From an uncultured Rikenellaceae bacterium (GTDB taxonomy: Bacteria; Bacteroidota; Bacteroidia; Bacteroidales; VadinHA17), in NCBI GenBank assembly GCA_964446825.1, contig CAYUQR010000006.1, forward strand, positions 18,964-82,963: a stretch of 64,000 nucleotides of DNA, given 5' to 3'. A program made the translations under genes and the position numbers. A model generated the notes under the pieces. That model made no database searches, was not told the DNA's origin, and worked only from the letters and a program-made list of their open reading frames with translations. The stretch's first letter is position 1. The number at the start of each line of letters is the position of its first letter. This document shows, in pieces, positions 54,130-64,000 of this stretch.

Positions 54130-55667
54130 ACCTTAGCTGATTTTACCTCATCCACGTCAGTAACAAACAGAATAAGAATTGCGGCTATGAACATTGAAAT
54201 ACCTCCCGTAACCAGCGCATAAATACTCTCTCCTTTAAACAGATCCCTGACAAGGAATCCCAGAATACTTGCTGCAAGTATCTGAGGAATAACAATGAAG
54301 AAATTAAAAATACCCATATATGTACCCATTTTATTAGCAGGTAATGAACCGGTAAGTATTGCATAAGGCATTGCCAGTATGCTGGCCCATGCAAGACCAA
54401 TGCCAATCATTGAAATAACGAGCATTCCGGGAGTATGAAACAGGATTATTGAAATCAGTCCGAGCCCCCCCGCCACCAGGCTGACTGAATGAGTTATTCT
54501 TCTGTTAGTCCATCTTGCCAGTACAGGGAGTAGAAATGCAACAATTGCAGCAAAACCATTATATATCCCGAAGAGAAAACTGACCCAGTTGGCTCCCTTA
54601 TTATAAAGCTCGCTCGTCGGATCGCTTGTCCCATATATGTGGCTTGTTACTGCCGATGTTGTATATATCCACATTGAAAAAAGTGCAAACCAGGAAAAAA
54701 ACTGAACTATAGCAAGTTGACCCATTGTTTTTGGCATTGTGAAGAGATCTCTTAAAACAATCACCATCCCGCTCCCTGTATTCCCCTTCGAGATAAGCAC
54801 TCCTGTAATAACCTGTATCAATCCGAAAGCTCCGGAACCGACTGCAAGGATATAGAGTTCCTTTTCCAGTGATGTAAAAAAAATAATCAAGCTGGCCACC
54901 ACTCCTGCCACTATCCAGTAAAATCCCCTTCGATAAAACGACCCGCTGCCCAGAGAAACAACTTCCTCCGGCTCCGTATTGATTACCTTATCTTCCTCTT
55001 CAGAAAAATTTTTCATTTCTTCCGGAGAATATTCTTTCGTAAGAATAACTGTTATTAATACGGCTGCGAAAAATACTGCTCCGCCAATATAAAAAGAGAG
55101 CTTAACAGATAAAGGAATCTGACCTGCCGGAGCAGTATTCTGGACGTTAAACCAGTTTGTAAGAACCCATGGAAGAAATGATGCTATAATTGCTCCGGTA
55201 CCAATGAAGAAACTCTGAGCAGCAAAGCCTTTTGTTCGCTGTTCAGAAGGAAGCATATCACCTACAAATGCTCTGAATGGTTCCATTGATATATTAATGG
55301 AAGCATCCATAATCCATAACATCCCTGCGGCAATCCATAGTACCGGGGAATTTGGCATTAAGATCAATGCCAGTGATGCCAGAATTGCACCTGTCAGAAA
55401 GTAAGGCCGCCGACGTCCCAGTCTGTTCCAGGTATTATCACTCATATGCCCTATTATTGGTTGGATAATAAGTCCGGTAACAGGAGCGGCAATCCACAAT
55501 ATTGGAATACTGTCAACCTTGGCTCCGAGTGTTTCAAAGATCCTGCTGACGTTGCCATTCTGCAATGCAAATCCAAACTGTATACCGAAGAATCCGAAAC
55601 TCATATTCCAGATCTGCCAAAAAGAGAGTTTTGGTTTTGATTTTTTCATGAAGTAAATTTTTATCAA
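54126..55667 (-). CDS. MFS sugar transporter (SLC45/GPH-like, probable maltose/maltodextrin:H+ symporter)
   Basis: 12 predicted TM helices, a conserved RLGRRRPY loop motif, and first position in the maltodextrin operon. Confidence 0.8.
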   Translation of the reverse strand: MIKIYFMKKSKPKLSFWQIWNMSFGFFGIQFGFALQNGNVSRIFETLGAKVDSIPILWIAAPVTGLIIQPIIGHMSDNTWNRLGRRRPYFLTGAILASLALILMPNSPVLWIAAGMLWIMDASINISMEPFRAFVGDMLPSEQRTKGFAAQSFFIGTGAIIASFLPWVLTNWFNVQNTAPAGQIPLSVKLSFYIGGAVFFAAVLITVILTKEYSPEEMKNFSEEEDKVINTEPEEVVSLGSGSFYRRGFYWIVAGVVASLIIFFTSLEKELYILAVGSGAFGLIQVITGVLISKGNTGSGMVIVLRDLFTMPKTMGQLAIVQFFSWFALFSMWIYTTSAVTSHIYGTSDPTSELYNKGANWVSFLFGIYNGFAAIVAFLLPVLARWTNRRITHSVSLVAGGLGLISIILFHTPGMLVISMIGIGLAWASILAMPYAILTGSLPANKMGTYMGIFNFFIVIPQILAASILGFLVRDLFKGESIYALVTGGISMFIAAILILFVTDVDEVKSAKV

Positions 55668-55783
55668 GATTTATAATGAAATAATCTCCCGGGTTTTATT
55701 CAAAAATATAGAAAATGGATGGAATAATACAACAGCGATTCAATATATTTCGTCAGAATTACACTTGATCTGAAGGCACCAAA

Positions 55784-58700
55784 TTATTGTATTAACGTAA
55801 ATTTCAAGCTGAAACCGAAATTAGTATTTGATGTGGGAAATGTGGTTGCAACAAAAGGATTATTCATTGTACGGTCTGCAAAAACCTGGAGATTGAACCT
55901 GTCGCTTAAAACATAGTCGGCGGTGATGCCCGCAGTGAATACTTTTTGACCCACGACAGGCTGATTTACATCTTCCACCAGTTTTCGGGCTATAGTTTTG
56001 TCATCCCTTATTGAAAGATCAAAACGCAGGTTCAGATCACTTTTCAGGGCTCTTTGTCCACTTCGCGATTTGAGAATTATCTGAACATTATCAAACCTGT
56101 AACCTGCACCAAAGATCAGTTCATTTATTCTTGCATCAGCTATCTGGTTACTCGTTAGGTTAAGAGCAACCGTTCTCGATTTTCTCCATTCAAACCTGGT
56201 GGTAAGGCTGTTCTTCCAGTTCATATCAATATTTATAAGAGGGCTGAACTGTTCGCTGATTGTCACAACATCAATTGTATACTGAGGAATATAGTTGTTT
56301 TGAAGATCCCTTATCCTGCTGATGCCCGTTTCATCGGGAGCATAATTCAGGTTTGTATTGTATGAACCAACCTGATAGGTGCTTCTGTACTGATGAGATA
56401 GGTTTATCGACGTAAATATTTGTTTAACGAAATCAAATTTTGATAACCCATCAAAGGTGATTCGCCAGTTTGGCATCATTCTTAAAGCCGACGGGAACGG
56501 GTCGAGTCCGACTTTCCATGGGTTTGATTTTGTATAGGCCGCAATGAATGCAGGAATCAGCACTTCCCTTGATGTCTCCCCATATCCGCTTTTATATTGT
56601 CCTGTAATCAGGTTGCCGGTTAATGGGTCAACATCAGGGTTATAGGCAGGATCCACTTTTTGTCGCTCATCAGCTCGTCGTTCGGATATAATAACTGTAT
56701 TATTCTTAAAGGCCTCAAATGTGGGCGAAACATAGTCGTTCGATTTGGAAATCTTTTCGAAAGCCGTTCCCCAGGAAATAACAGAAATCGAGAAGTTGCC
56801 CGATACAATTCTGTTTCTCGTGCTGTCAGGGAAATTACCGTTATAATCAGCAATATAGTATGAACTTACCTGTTTAAGGTACCGTCGGTCGGCATTCAAA
56901 TCAATACGCAGACCGGGAAACGGTTCAATAAGACTTCGAAGTGAGATACTGACATTATTATTATATGATGCAGGTATATTAAGTAAAGTATCTTTGGTTA
57001 TCCAACCATTGGTAACAGCCGTATTAAAGAATCGTTCACTGCCATACCCAAGAATAAAGGGCCAGCCCGGAGCAAGAGTACTGTTAAAGTCCGACATACC
57101 CAGGTATTTTGTTTCAGGCAGGTAACCCGGCAGGTATTCTCCCTGGTCAACTGTATAAGTTAAGCTTACAGACCTTACACCCATCAGGGCTCGGACCAGG
57201 TACTCTCCTGTTACAATGAATGGATTGCGGTTTTTCTTTACCTTACCTTCAACAGCAACAGAAGCTCCGTCTGCTTTTTCATCAGAAGTAAAATTTATTC
57301 TGTTATCGCTTATTATATCTACCTTCCCTTTTACTTCAGCGCCACCCTTATCAACTATCTTTACTTTTACATCTTTCGTTTTAAGATTATGATAAATTGC
57401 CCTTGCAACATTTGGCCTGAAATTTACATTGTTTCTCGTATATGTAACAGTTCTATATTCTGGTTTCATCCGTTGCCTGGCATCTGGTCTTGTATCATTC
57501 TCAATTCGCTTCATGAATTTTGATTTGCTGTACAGTGTTGAAAGATTGGCCATTGTGGTTAATGTCATCTCGTTGTGATTCTTGATGGAATTGCCGAGGT
57601 TTATTTTCATGGTGTCGGGAAAAACAGGGCCGGCCAGCCAGGTGTAATCGGCTGAATACCGGGCATTTGCATTTACCCATGAAAGAAGAGGAAGTTTATT
57701 GACAGGAATAGTATAGGTTATATTAAAAAAGTGGTTATAATCGGTTGTCCTGCCAAAATTTCTAAGGTTTGTCAGTACCGAGTCGCGCCATATATTATAT
57801 GTACTTGCATATCTTTTCCTGTCCACACCGCCGTCCGGTTCATCAATTCTGGCAAGGTTAGTTGCAGTAAAGTCAAACTTAAGCTGCCGTGTAATATCAT
57901 ATTTGAAATCATAAATCCTGGTCCATTCAAAATCCTTCCTGAAAGATGGTTCGATCAGCAAATAGGGATTATCGATATTTCTTGTTTTAATTTCGTTATA
58001 ATCTCTGCTCAGGTCAGTCCTGAATGAAAGGCTTTTCGGAAAGACATAGAAATTAAAGTCCTTTATAATCCTGAACAATGGTGAATTTAAGAACCGTACA
58101 TTTTTAAAAGGCATTAAATTGGCGGGTTGAGCCTGAAAATCGTAATTAATGCCGCCCCGATAATTTTTTTCAAGGTTAATCTCTGTATTTGTATTACTCC
58201 TAAAAGTTTCATTATAAGTGTAGTTAATGCTAAAATTTGCCAGATCCCATACATGATGTTTCTCCCCCCTCTTTGTTATCCCTGCATTGCTTACTGTTAC
58301 AGTTTTCCTCCTGGCATAATCATCTGAAATAGATTTTATGGAATCACGCTCCGCTTTATTCCTGGCAGCATCCAAAGCAGTTTTCAGAGGTATATCCGGA
58401 TCGAGCGGATTAAATTGAGGTTTGATAACACTTTCGGAATATCCTACATATACCGGGAGTCTTACACCAATTTTTTCCGGAAAGAATTTCCCAAATTCAA
58501 TATTTGAAGAAATATCATATTTCATAGTTTCCTCTTTACTCCTGTCATTCACACTCTTATCGATGCTTCCCCAACCCGGAGTGCTTGTCTGTCCTACCAT
58601 ATCAATAGTCCCAAGGTCAGCCAGGCGGGCCTGAAGATGGGCATTGGCAGCCCATCCTCCGTTTTCAATAAAATCGTTAAGACGAAGTTCATTTACCCAT

Positions 58701-61700
58701 ACTTCTCCAAACTTGGGAGCTCCATCGTCAGTGGCCTGGTTCCTGCTTTTTATCGGATTCCTTACCCCTATCATTATTACCCTGACGTTACTCATATTTG
58801 GGTTACCTGAAACTGAGACCCTTGCAGTTCCATTTGTATATACAAAAACATCCGAGATGCTTAGCGATGAACCGGGCAGGGACATCTGGCGATTGCGTTC
58901 CTGTTTAGCTTCCTGCAGGACTGAAAGATCAATATCGAAGCTGTTTTCAGTCGGCCAGACTCTTTCCCTGTCTGCATCTGAATTATTATCATAATGACCT
59001 GGCGGAGTCAGTTTCAGTGGAATCTCGTACTCATAAAAATTACCCTGGTAATCTGATCCCAGCCTGATAAAGGCTGTCAGTTCATCATCCCTTAAAGGAT
59101 GTCCGATCATTGCCTCGGCATGAACCTCCATCCTCAGTTTTCTATATTGTCTTATATCAAGATCTACATTCCTGAAGGCTGCCCGGGCATCTCCATCAGC
59201 AAGATCGATAACCTTAAGCACCATCGACTGTTCATTCAGCTGCCTCAACTGTGGATTCTGGGGATCGGTAACCCTGTCAAATCCGGGAGGAAGAACATAG
59301 TTGACAGGTTCTTTTCCTGAATTCTCCTCAATGCTTACTGAGCTGATTTCAAATGTCCCGTCTGTAGCCTCCGGAATCGTTATCCTTTCACCAGCCTCCA
59401 TAAATGATAAATTGTATTTTCTCCATTCGGCGCGTACAAGATTAAGTTCAGCAAACCTCATAATAACAGGTTCACTGAAATCTTTCAGGAACATCCTCAT
59501 AAACCTGATCGATTTAAAGTCCTTTATCGGACCAATAACCTTCTGATAATCTGTTATTGGAATTTTAAACTGATACCATTTAACTTTCGATTTCTGTCCG
59601 TTTGCGAAGGTTGCTTCATATTCAACCTCATCTACAACATAATTTGATCCGACTTTTATGTCGCCCGGACGCATGCTCACCTTATACTGATAATAGCTTT
59701 CGGTTTCGCTTAAGGTATTATCGCGATTGATATCTTCCATATCAGGTAACGTTGATCCGGAAGTGGGATAAGATTCTTTAGACATTTCCGAAGTCGGTGA
59801 GTTTCCCTCCTCCCCGTTATAATCCTTGTATCTGTCGAGTATCCCAAGTTGTTCAGCATCATAATCAGATCCGCGGAAATAATGAAAATCATCGCCCGAC
59901 GGGTCTTCTTGTATCTTTTCATAGGACTGGGCAGAAGTTATCAGCAATGACTTCTGCAGGTAATCTGAGAAGAAGGTATCTTCGTCAGGATCGCGCAGAC
60001 CGTCAAGACCCACATCCTGGTATAATCTCGATTCAGGGGCATTATCAAAGGCATTGACTACGGCCTGAACAGTTGGGACCCTGCCCCATGCAGTAGTATC
60101 GATATTCCGCAAATCGGGGGAATCTGGCAGACCATTTTCAAAGCTTTTTCTTGAATCGCGCAAAATATCTTCAGAAATATTTCCCAGATCAATGTAGAGA
60201 TCTCCACCCTCAGAGTTTGGATTATCAACATAAGGATCCATAACCCAGAATTCCACATATTGAATATTTGCACTCTCGAAGTCGCTTGTAAGAACCTCCC
60301 TCATTATACCACCCCATCTTGATTTCGGATCATTTAGCTTCCCTTCCTGGTTCATACCCGACGAGTTGGTTCCCGGATTGGTATCGTAATTATAAGGACC
60401 CTTTTCATCGGGGTAGAATGCAAGGTTTAAAACTGCTATAGCAGTTGGTATCCCGCTGGGGCTCTCTTTATAAGGGAATAGTTCGTTTTCGTAAACCTCT
60501 CTTACAAAGTGACTTGATTGATAATCGGGATTATTTCTTATATACGACGGAGTAGACGAGCCGTTGCGCAGGAAGAGAGGGTCGATAACGTACCATGCCA
60601 GTTTGGCCCTGTTAAATCCACTAACAACATCATTGTTAAATCTTGCTTCAGGAAACAGCTGGTCCTGTCCCTGCGGAACACTTGATATAGACCAGGCATT
60701 GAATGATTTGAGGTCAAGTGGTATCTCGCTGGCTTCAAAATCGTCGATATAGGAATTCCCTGTCTTTGATATAGCTTTTGAATGACCAGGAATAAGGTTG
60801 GCAAATTCGCCAAAGAAAGAAATTGTTGAAGGAGTTTTAGTATTAAGAAGGGGCAGTTTATCAATTATCTTAGTAAGCAGCTGAGATTGAGATTTATATG
60901 AAGTATTCAAACCCCAGATGGTATTAGAGATAGGCTCTTCCCCATAGTTAACCTTCTGGGTATAGGGTCTTTCTGTCAGGTGCAATATTGTACCTCCGAT
61001 ATCAAAATTATCTGAAAACTTATAATCAAGATGTGTTCCAACGAGCGTTTTGGTCTGAAATCCGAAAAACTGGTTATTTTCAAGAGAAACCTGTATTGGC
61101 GTTTGTGATTCGATCAATGCGCTGTTTATTATCCTTACGGTTCCCATATTGTAGTCAACAGTATAATCCATATTTTCAGTCAGTGGGACTCCTCCCGCAG
61201 TGACTTTAACAGAACCCTGGGGAATATTGGTGGCATTAAGTCTTATCTCAGATCCGGATTGCGAGGAATATTGCCCTGTAAGTTTGAACTTGTTTTTCTC
61301 CGCCATTTGTCTGGCAACAGTCTGGGTAGAATCGTATAACTCCTGAAACACATATTTGCTGGCTATTATCGGATCGCCAATTTTTTCCCTCAGGTGACTG
61401 CCGAATGGTTCATTTTCGGGAAATACGATCTTCCCTCTGTCAACCATTACAGTAACTCCATCGATAAAATCAAAAAATCCGTCAGGTTGTCTGTCTAATT
61501 GTGAATTCAGGTTATCCAGCCCCAGTATCTGAAGAAGTATCTGGTTTGACAGCTTACCTTCGGGAAGGTAATTTATTGAGTTACCGGATTTATCATCCAT
61601 ATAAAGCACATTCATCACAAAATCTTTCCGGTCAAGTTTACCCGAGCCAAGAGAATAAATATTCTTCATCATCAGTTTCCAGGTAGGCAGCTTTGGACTT

Positions 61701-63223
61701 AAAGTAGTTCCTTTCAATAGTTTAAGGATAAGTGCCTGTGGAGCGGTTATTCCATCAGTGGAGAATTCTCCCACTTTATAAAGTTGCCCGTTATAAGTAT
61801 ATTCGTAAGCCACTGCCAGAATTTCATCGGTATTAAGAGCCGTATTCAGCGAAATATACCCAAGCTGTCTGTTGAAATCATATTCTCTATCATCAAGTTT
61901 CCTTGCATTCTCAACCTTCTCAAAGTCGCGGCCAATCTGAAACTGGGGATACAATGGAGCAAAAGCGTTGGTAATCTGGTTAACATCCCTTATCATTCCG
62001 TACGATGTAGTCAGCTCCTGATAAAGTTTATTTGCATTGTTATCGGGATATATCAATGCTCCGGGAGGTGCCTGAAATGCCGGGACATTATTGAAAATAC
62101 GGTTTTTATTCTCGCCAAGGTCCATAAAAGCAACAATATTCCTGTTGCTGCCTTCCTCAAAACGGTTTGTTTTGTTCGTCACCCAAACCTCTATACGTTC
62201 AATATTAATACCAGAGCTAACCACAGGCAGATTCTTCAGAGAAGCATCATAGATATCTCTGAAAAACTGTGAAAGAAAAAAGTGTCTGTTTGCCTCGTAA
62301 TCGTCAGCATAGATCTCATAGTCGGTAAGCTGCGCCCCACCTTTTACATCAATTACTGAAGATTGTCCTTTCTGTTGCGACAATACGGTGGTGACCGTAA
62401 GCTTCCCGAATTGCATCTCAGTCTTCAGTCCGAACAGGCTGTAGCTTCCCGTTATAAGAGTTCCTGTAAGAGGCAGTGTTACATCGCCGGCTTCCACCTT
62501 TTTCAGAATCTCATCTTCTTTCCCAGCATATTGAAGTTTTGTCCTGTTCTCAAAATCAAACATTGCATCGGTATTGTAATTGACACCCAGTTGCATCTTG
62601 TCGCCAATTGTACCAGTAACATTCATTTGAATTTTTTCCTTGAAATCGAAGGTCGGGATTGTCCTCAGTTTTTCTGAAAGAGTAGGGTTCTCGGTATGTG
62701 AAATATTAATTCCGAATATCAATTCTGCCGATCCCTGGGGAATAATATTGATTGTGTTACTGCCGAATATCTTGTCGAAGGCGGCACCACCGACCTCGAT
62801 CTGGGGAATCAGAGTTGACCGGAATCCTGATTCCTTCCCTGATATACGTGATTCCCAGTATTCGCGCATAGACTTTTCGTATTCATATTTACGGAATTCT
62901 TCAGGATTCATGTGTACGGGAGTACGGTAATCTAATGACCCAACCTTTTCATAAAGGACATATTCATTCTTTTCAGGATCATATACAACTGTGGATTTTA
63001 GATTAGATGGATTGTCAAGAAACAGTGGTGAGTTTTGTGTTTGTTCCCAGGGAATCCCTGTATCATCCTTAAATTTCAGAATCGACTTGGTGGTTGTATC
63101 CAAAACTCCGGCATTTTGTAACGCAGCCTGGCTACTTGCTTCAGGGGAAAACAGGAGAAATGAAGCGAAAAGCACAAGATACGAAAATACCAGAAGATTT
63201 TTATATGATATCTCTGATCCCAA
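55784..63223 (-). CDS. sprA: T9SS outer-membrane translocon SprA/Sov
   Basis: 2479-aa secreted beta-rich protein. Its size and position next to ruvA are typical of SprA in Bacteroidota, and its C-terminal strands are rich in aromatic residues. Confidence 0.88.
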   Translation of the reverse strand: MGSEISYKNLLVFSYLVLFASFLLFSPEASSQAALQNAGVLDTTTKSILKFKDDTGIPWEQTQNSPLFLDNPSNLKSTVVYDPEKNEYVLYEKVGSLDYRTPVHMNPEEFRKYEYEKSMREYWESRISGKESGFRSTLIPQIEVGGAAFDKIFGSNTINIIPQGSAELIFGINISHTENPTLSEKLRTIPTFDFKEKIQMNVTGTIGDKMQLGVNYNTDAMFDFENRTKLQYAGKEDEILKKVEAGDVTLPLTGTLITGSYSLFGLKTEMQFGKLTVTTVLSQQKGQSSVIDVKGGAQLTDYEIYADDYEANRHFFLSQFFRDIYDASLKNLPVVSSGINIERIEVWVTNKTNRFEEGSNRNIVAFMDLGENKNRIFNNVPAFQAPPGALIYPDNNANKLYQELTTSYGMIRDVNQITNAFAPLYPQFQIGRDFEKVENARKLDDREYDFNRQLGYISLNTALNTDEILAVAYEYTYNGQLYKVGEFSTDGITAPQALILKLLKGTTLSPKLPTWKLMMKNIYSLGSGKLDRKDFVMNVLYMDDKSGNSINYLPEGKLSNQILLQILGLDNLNSQLDRQPDGFFDFIDGVTVMVDRGKIVFPENEPFGSHLREKIGDPIIASKYVFQELYDSTQTVARQMAEKNKFKLTGQYSSQSGSEIRLNATNIPQGSVKVTAGGVPLTENMDYTVDYNMGTVRIINSALIESQTPIQVSLENNQFFGFQTKTLVGTHLDYKFSDNFDIGGTILHLTERPYTQKVNYGEEPISNTIWGLNTSYKSQSQLLTKIIDKLPLLNTKTPSTISFFGEFANLIPGHSKAISKTGNSYIDDFEASEIPLDLKSFNAWSISSVPQGQDQLFPEARFNNDVVSGFNRAKLAWYVIDPLFLRNGSSTPSYIRNNPDYQSSHFVREVYENELFPYKESPSGIPTAIAVLNLAFYPDEKGPYNYDTNPGTNSSGMNQEGKLNDPKSRWGGIMREVLTSDFESANIQYVEFWVMDPYVDNPNSEGGDLYIDLGNISEDILRDSRKSFENGLPDSPDLRNIDTTAWGRVPTVQAVVNAFDNAPESRLYQDVGLDGLRDPDEDTFFSDYLQKSLLITSAQSYEKIQEDPSGDDFHYFRGSDYDAEQLGILDRYKDYNGEEGNSPTSEMSKESYPTSGSTLPDMEDINRDNTLSETESYYQYKVSMRPGDIKVGSNYVVDEVEYEATFANGQKSKVKWYQFKIPITDYQKVIGPIKDFKSIRFMRMFLKDFSEPVIMRFAELNLVRAEWRKYNLSFMEAGERITIPEATDGTFEISSVSIEENSGKEPVNYVLPPGFDRVTDPQNPQLRQLNEQSMVLKVIDLADGDARAAFRNVDLDIRQYRKLRMEVHAEAMIGHPLRDDELTAFIRLGSDYQGNFYEYEIPLKLTPPGHYDNNSDADRERVWPTENSFDIDLSVLQEAKQERNRQMSLPGSSLSISDVFVYTNGTARVSVSGNPNMSNVRVIMIGVRNPIKSRNQATDDGAPKFGEVWVNELRLNDFIENGGWAANAHLQARLADLGTIDMVGQTSTPGWGSIDKSVNDRSKEETMKYDISSNIEFGKFFPEKIGVRLPVYVGYSESVIKPQFNPLDPDIPLKTALDAARNKAERDSIKSISDDYARRKTVTVSNAGITKRGEKHHVWDLANFSINYTYNETFRSNTNTEINLEKNYRGGINYDFQAQPANLMPFKNVRFLNSPLFRIIKDFNFYVFPKSLSFRTDLSRDYNEIKTRNIDNPYLLIEPSFRKDFEWTRIYDFKYDITRQLKFDFTATNLARIDEPDGGVDRKRYASTYNIWRDSVLTNLRNFGRTTDYNHFFNITYTIPVNKLPLLSWVNANARYSADYTWLAGPVFPDTMKINLGNSIKNHNEMTLTTMANLSTLYSKSKFMKRIENDTRPDARQRMKPEYRTVTYTRNNVNFRPNVARAIYHNLKTKDVKVKIVDKGGAEVKGKVDIISDNRINFTSDEKADGASVAVEGKVKKNRNPFIVTGEYLVRALMGVRSVSLTYTVDQGEYLPGYLPETKYLGMSDFNSTLAPGWPFILGYGSERFFNTAVTNGWITKDTLLNIPASYNNNVSISLRSLIEPFPGLRIDLNADRRYLKQVSSYYIADYNGNFPDSTRNRIVSGNFSISVISWGTAFEKISKSNDYVSPTFEAFKNNTVIISERRADERQKVDPAYNPDVDPLTGNLITGQYKSGYGETSREVLIPAFIAAYTKSNPWKVGLDPFPSALRMMPNWRITFDGLSKFDFVKQIFTSINLSHQYRSTYQVGSYNTNLNYAPDETGISRIRDLQNNYIPQYTIDVVTISEQFSPLINIDMNWKNSLTTRFEWRKSRTVALNLTSNQIADARINELIFGAGYRFDNVQIILKSRSGQRALKSDLNLRFDLSIRDDKTIARKLVEDVNQPVVGQKVFTAGITADYVLSDRFNLQVFADRTMNNPFVATTFPTSNTNFGFSLKFTLIQ

Positions 63224-63241
63224 TACGGCTTATATTCAGAA

Positions 63242-63823
63242 TTACAAGTTTTTAAGCGCCTTCTTTATTAAATCCTCAACAGTCAGGTTTTTTTCCTCTC
63301 TGATAATTTTATCAAGGACTTTCGCGACGGCACTTTTGGCAAATCCAAGCATTACTAATGCAGATAACGCTTCTTCTCGTTTTGTATTGTCTGCAATGGC
63401 AAATATTTCATCGCTTCCTGCATGTTTGCCTAGTTTGTCTTTCAGGTCAACTATAATTCTTTGGGCAGTCTTTAATCCTATACCTTTTATACTCTTCAGA
63501 ACATTTACATCAGATAATGCAATTGCTTTCTCTATTTCCATATGAGTAAGAGAAGAAAGCATCATTCTTGCAGTGTTGGCTCCTACACCGGTGACAGAGA
63601 TCAGTAATCTGAAAATTTCTCTTTCTTCATTGTCGGCGAAACCAAAAAGCTGGTGGCTATCCTCCCTGATCACTTCATGAACAAGTATTTTATATTCCCG
63701 TTCACCTTCAAGCTTTGAAAAGGTAGTCAGCGAAATATGTATTAAATATCCTATACCTCCGGTTTCAATTGTAAGGAATGTCGGGGTGATCCGGGTTATG
63801 GGTCCTTTAATATAATCTATCAT
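63242..63823 (-). CDS. ruvA: Holliday junction branch migration protein RuvA
   Basis: MIDYIKG..GGIGY N-terminal OB domain, HhH motifs (LISVTGVGANTA, LKSIKGIGLKTAQRI) and C-terminal domain III. Confidence 0.92.
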   Translation of the reverse strand: MIDYIKGPITRITPTFLTIETGGIGYLIHISLTTFSKLEGEREYKILVHEVIREDSHQLFGFADNEEREIFRLLISVTGVGANTARMMLSSLTHMEIEKAIALSDVNVLKSIKGIGLKTAQRIIVDLKDKLGKHAGSDEIFAIADNTKREEALSALVMLGFAKSAVAKVLDKIIREEKNLTVEDLIKKALKNL

Positions 63824-63825
63824 AA

Positions 63826-64000
63826 CTATTGCTCGGCATTAAAAATATCGGGAGGGAGTTCGTCGACACGGTCACTATGTATCTCGATATCCTGATGTTT
63901 GAGAGGATTGCTGGTTATTTCTGAATATATCTGGCGGTTTTTGAAAATATCGCAGGCAAGGTAAACAGCATGACGGAAGGAATTTTCCGAGGCTTCACCT
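63826..64000 (-). CDS. C-terminal fragment of an unidentified protein (gene continues beyond the window)
   Basis: The minus-strand frame is open from the window edge to a TAG at 63826-63828 (..AVYLACDIFKNRQIYSEITSNPLKHQDIEIHSDRVDELPPDIFNAEQ). It ends 2 nt before the ruvA start. Confidence 0.4.
   Translation of the reverse strand, partial: GEASENSFRHAVYLACDIFKNRQIYSEITSNPLKHQDIEIHSDRVDELPPDIFNAEQ

Noticed and set aside
62991-63545. 184-aa plus-strand ORF spanning the sprA start and ruvA
   Set aside because: It is antisense to two well-supported genes, has a low-complexity composition and shows no motifs.
1-64000. Mobile elements, prophage, defence islands, tRNA/rRNA genes
   Set aside because: No integrase, transposase, phage structural or known defence-gene motifs appear in any translated ORF, and no tRNA-like or rRNA-like sequence was recognised. 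The window appears to be core chromosome apart from the hybrid transporter cluster.

Overview
AT-rich chromosomal window from a Bacteroidota-type genome. Lineage evidence: a giant SprA/Sov T9SS translocon gene, a T9SS C-terminal sorting domain protein, a fused lpxC/fabZ gene, TAnnTTTG-type promoter boxes and no obvious Shine-Dalgarno use. Most of the roughly 50 genes are ordinary housekeeping: kdsB (partial), two ECF sigma factors, queG, a complete sufBCDSE-sufT operon, lpxD-lpxC/fabZ-lpxA, rimP-nusA-infB, gcvH, a phosphorolytic maltodextrin operon (MFS-pgmB-GH65-GH13-GH13), sprA and ruvA. I saw no tRNA, rRNA, CRISPR, transposase or integrase. The outlier is a co-directional 7-gene cluster at about 25.3-41.1 kb: ABC ATPase, a 1154-aa ABC-2 permease with a huge periplasmic ectodomain, TolC-like OMF, one membrane fusion protein, an RND permease, a 1612-aa ORF, and a small ABC-2 permease. 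The 1612-aa ORF joins a second complete RND permease to extra transmembrane helices and a complete ABC ATPase domain. This looks like a hybrid RND/ABC envelope-spanning exporter, which I do not know to be described. A second recurring signal is a set of short G/C- or purine-rich intergenic islands built from degenerate 8-nt units held in strict register (18.2, 20.3, 29.7 and 41.1 kb), plus C-run/G-run hairpins (29.77 and 49.64 kb). All function calls come from reading motifs in the supplied translations; no database search was run.
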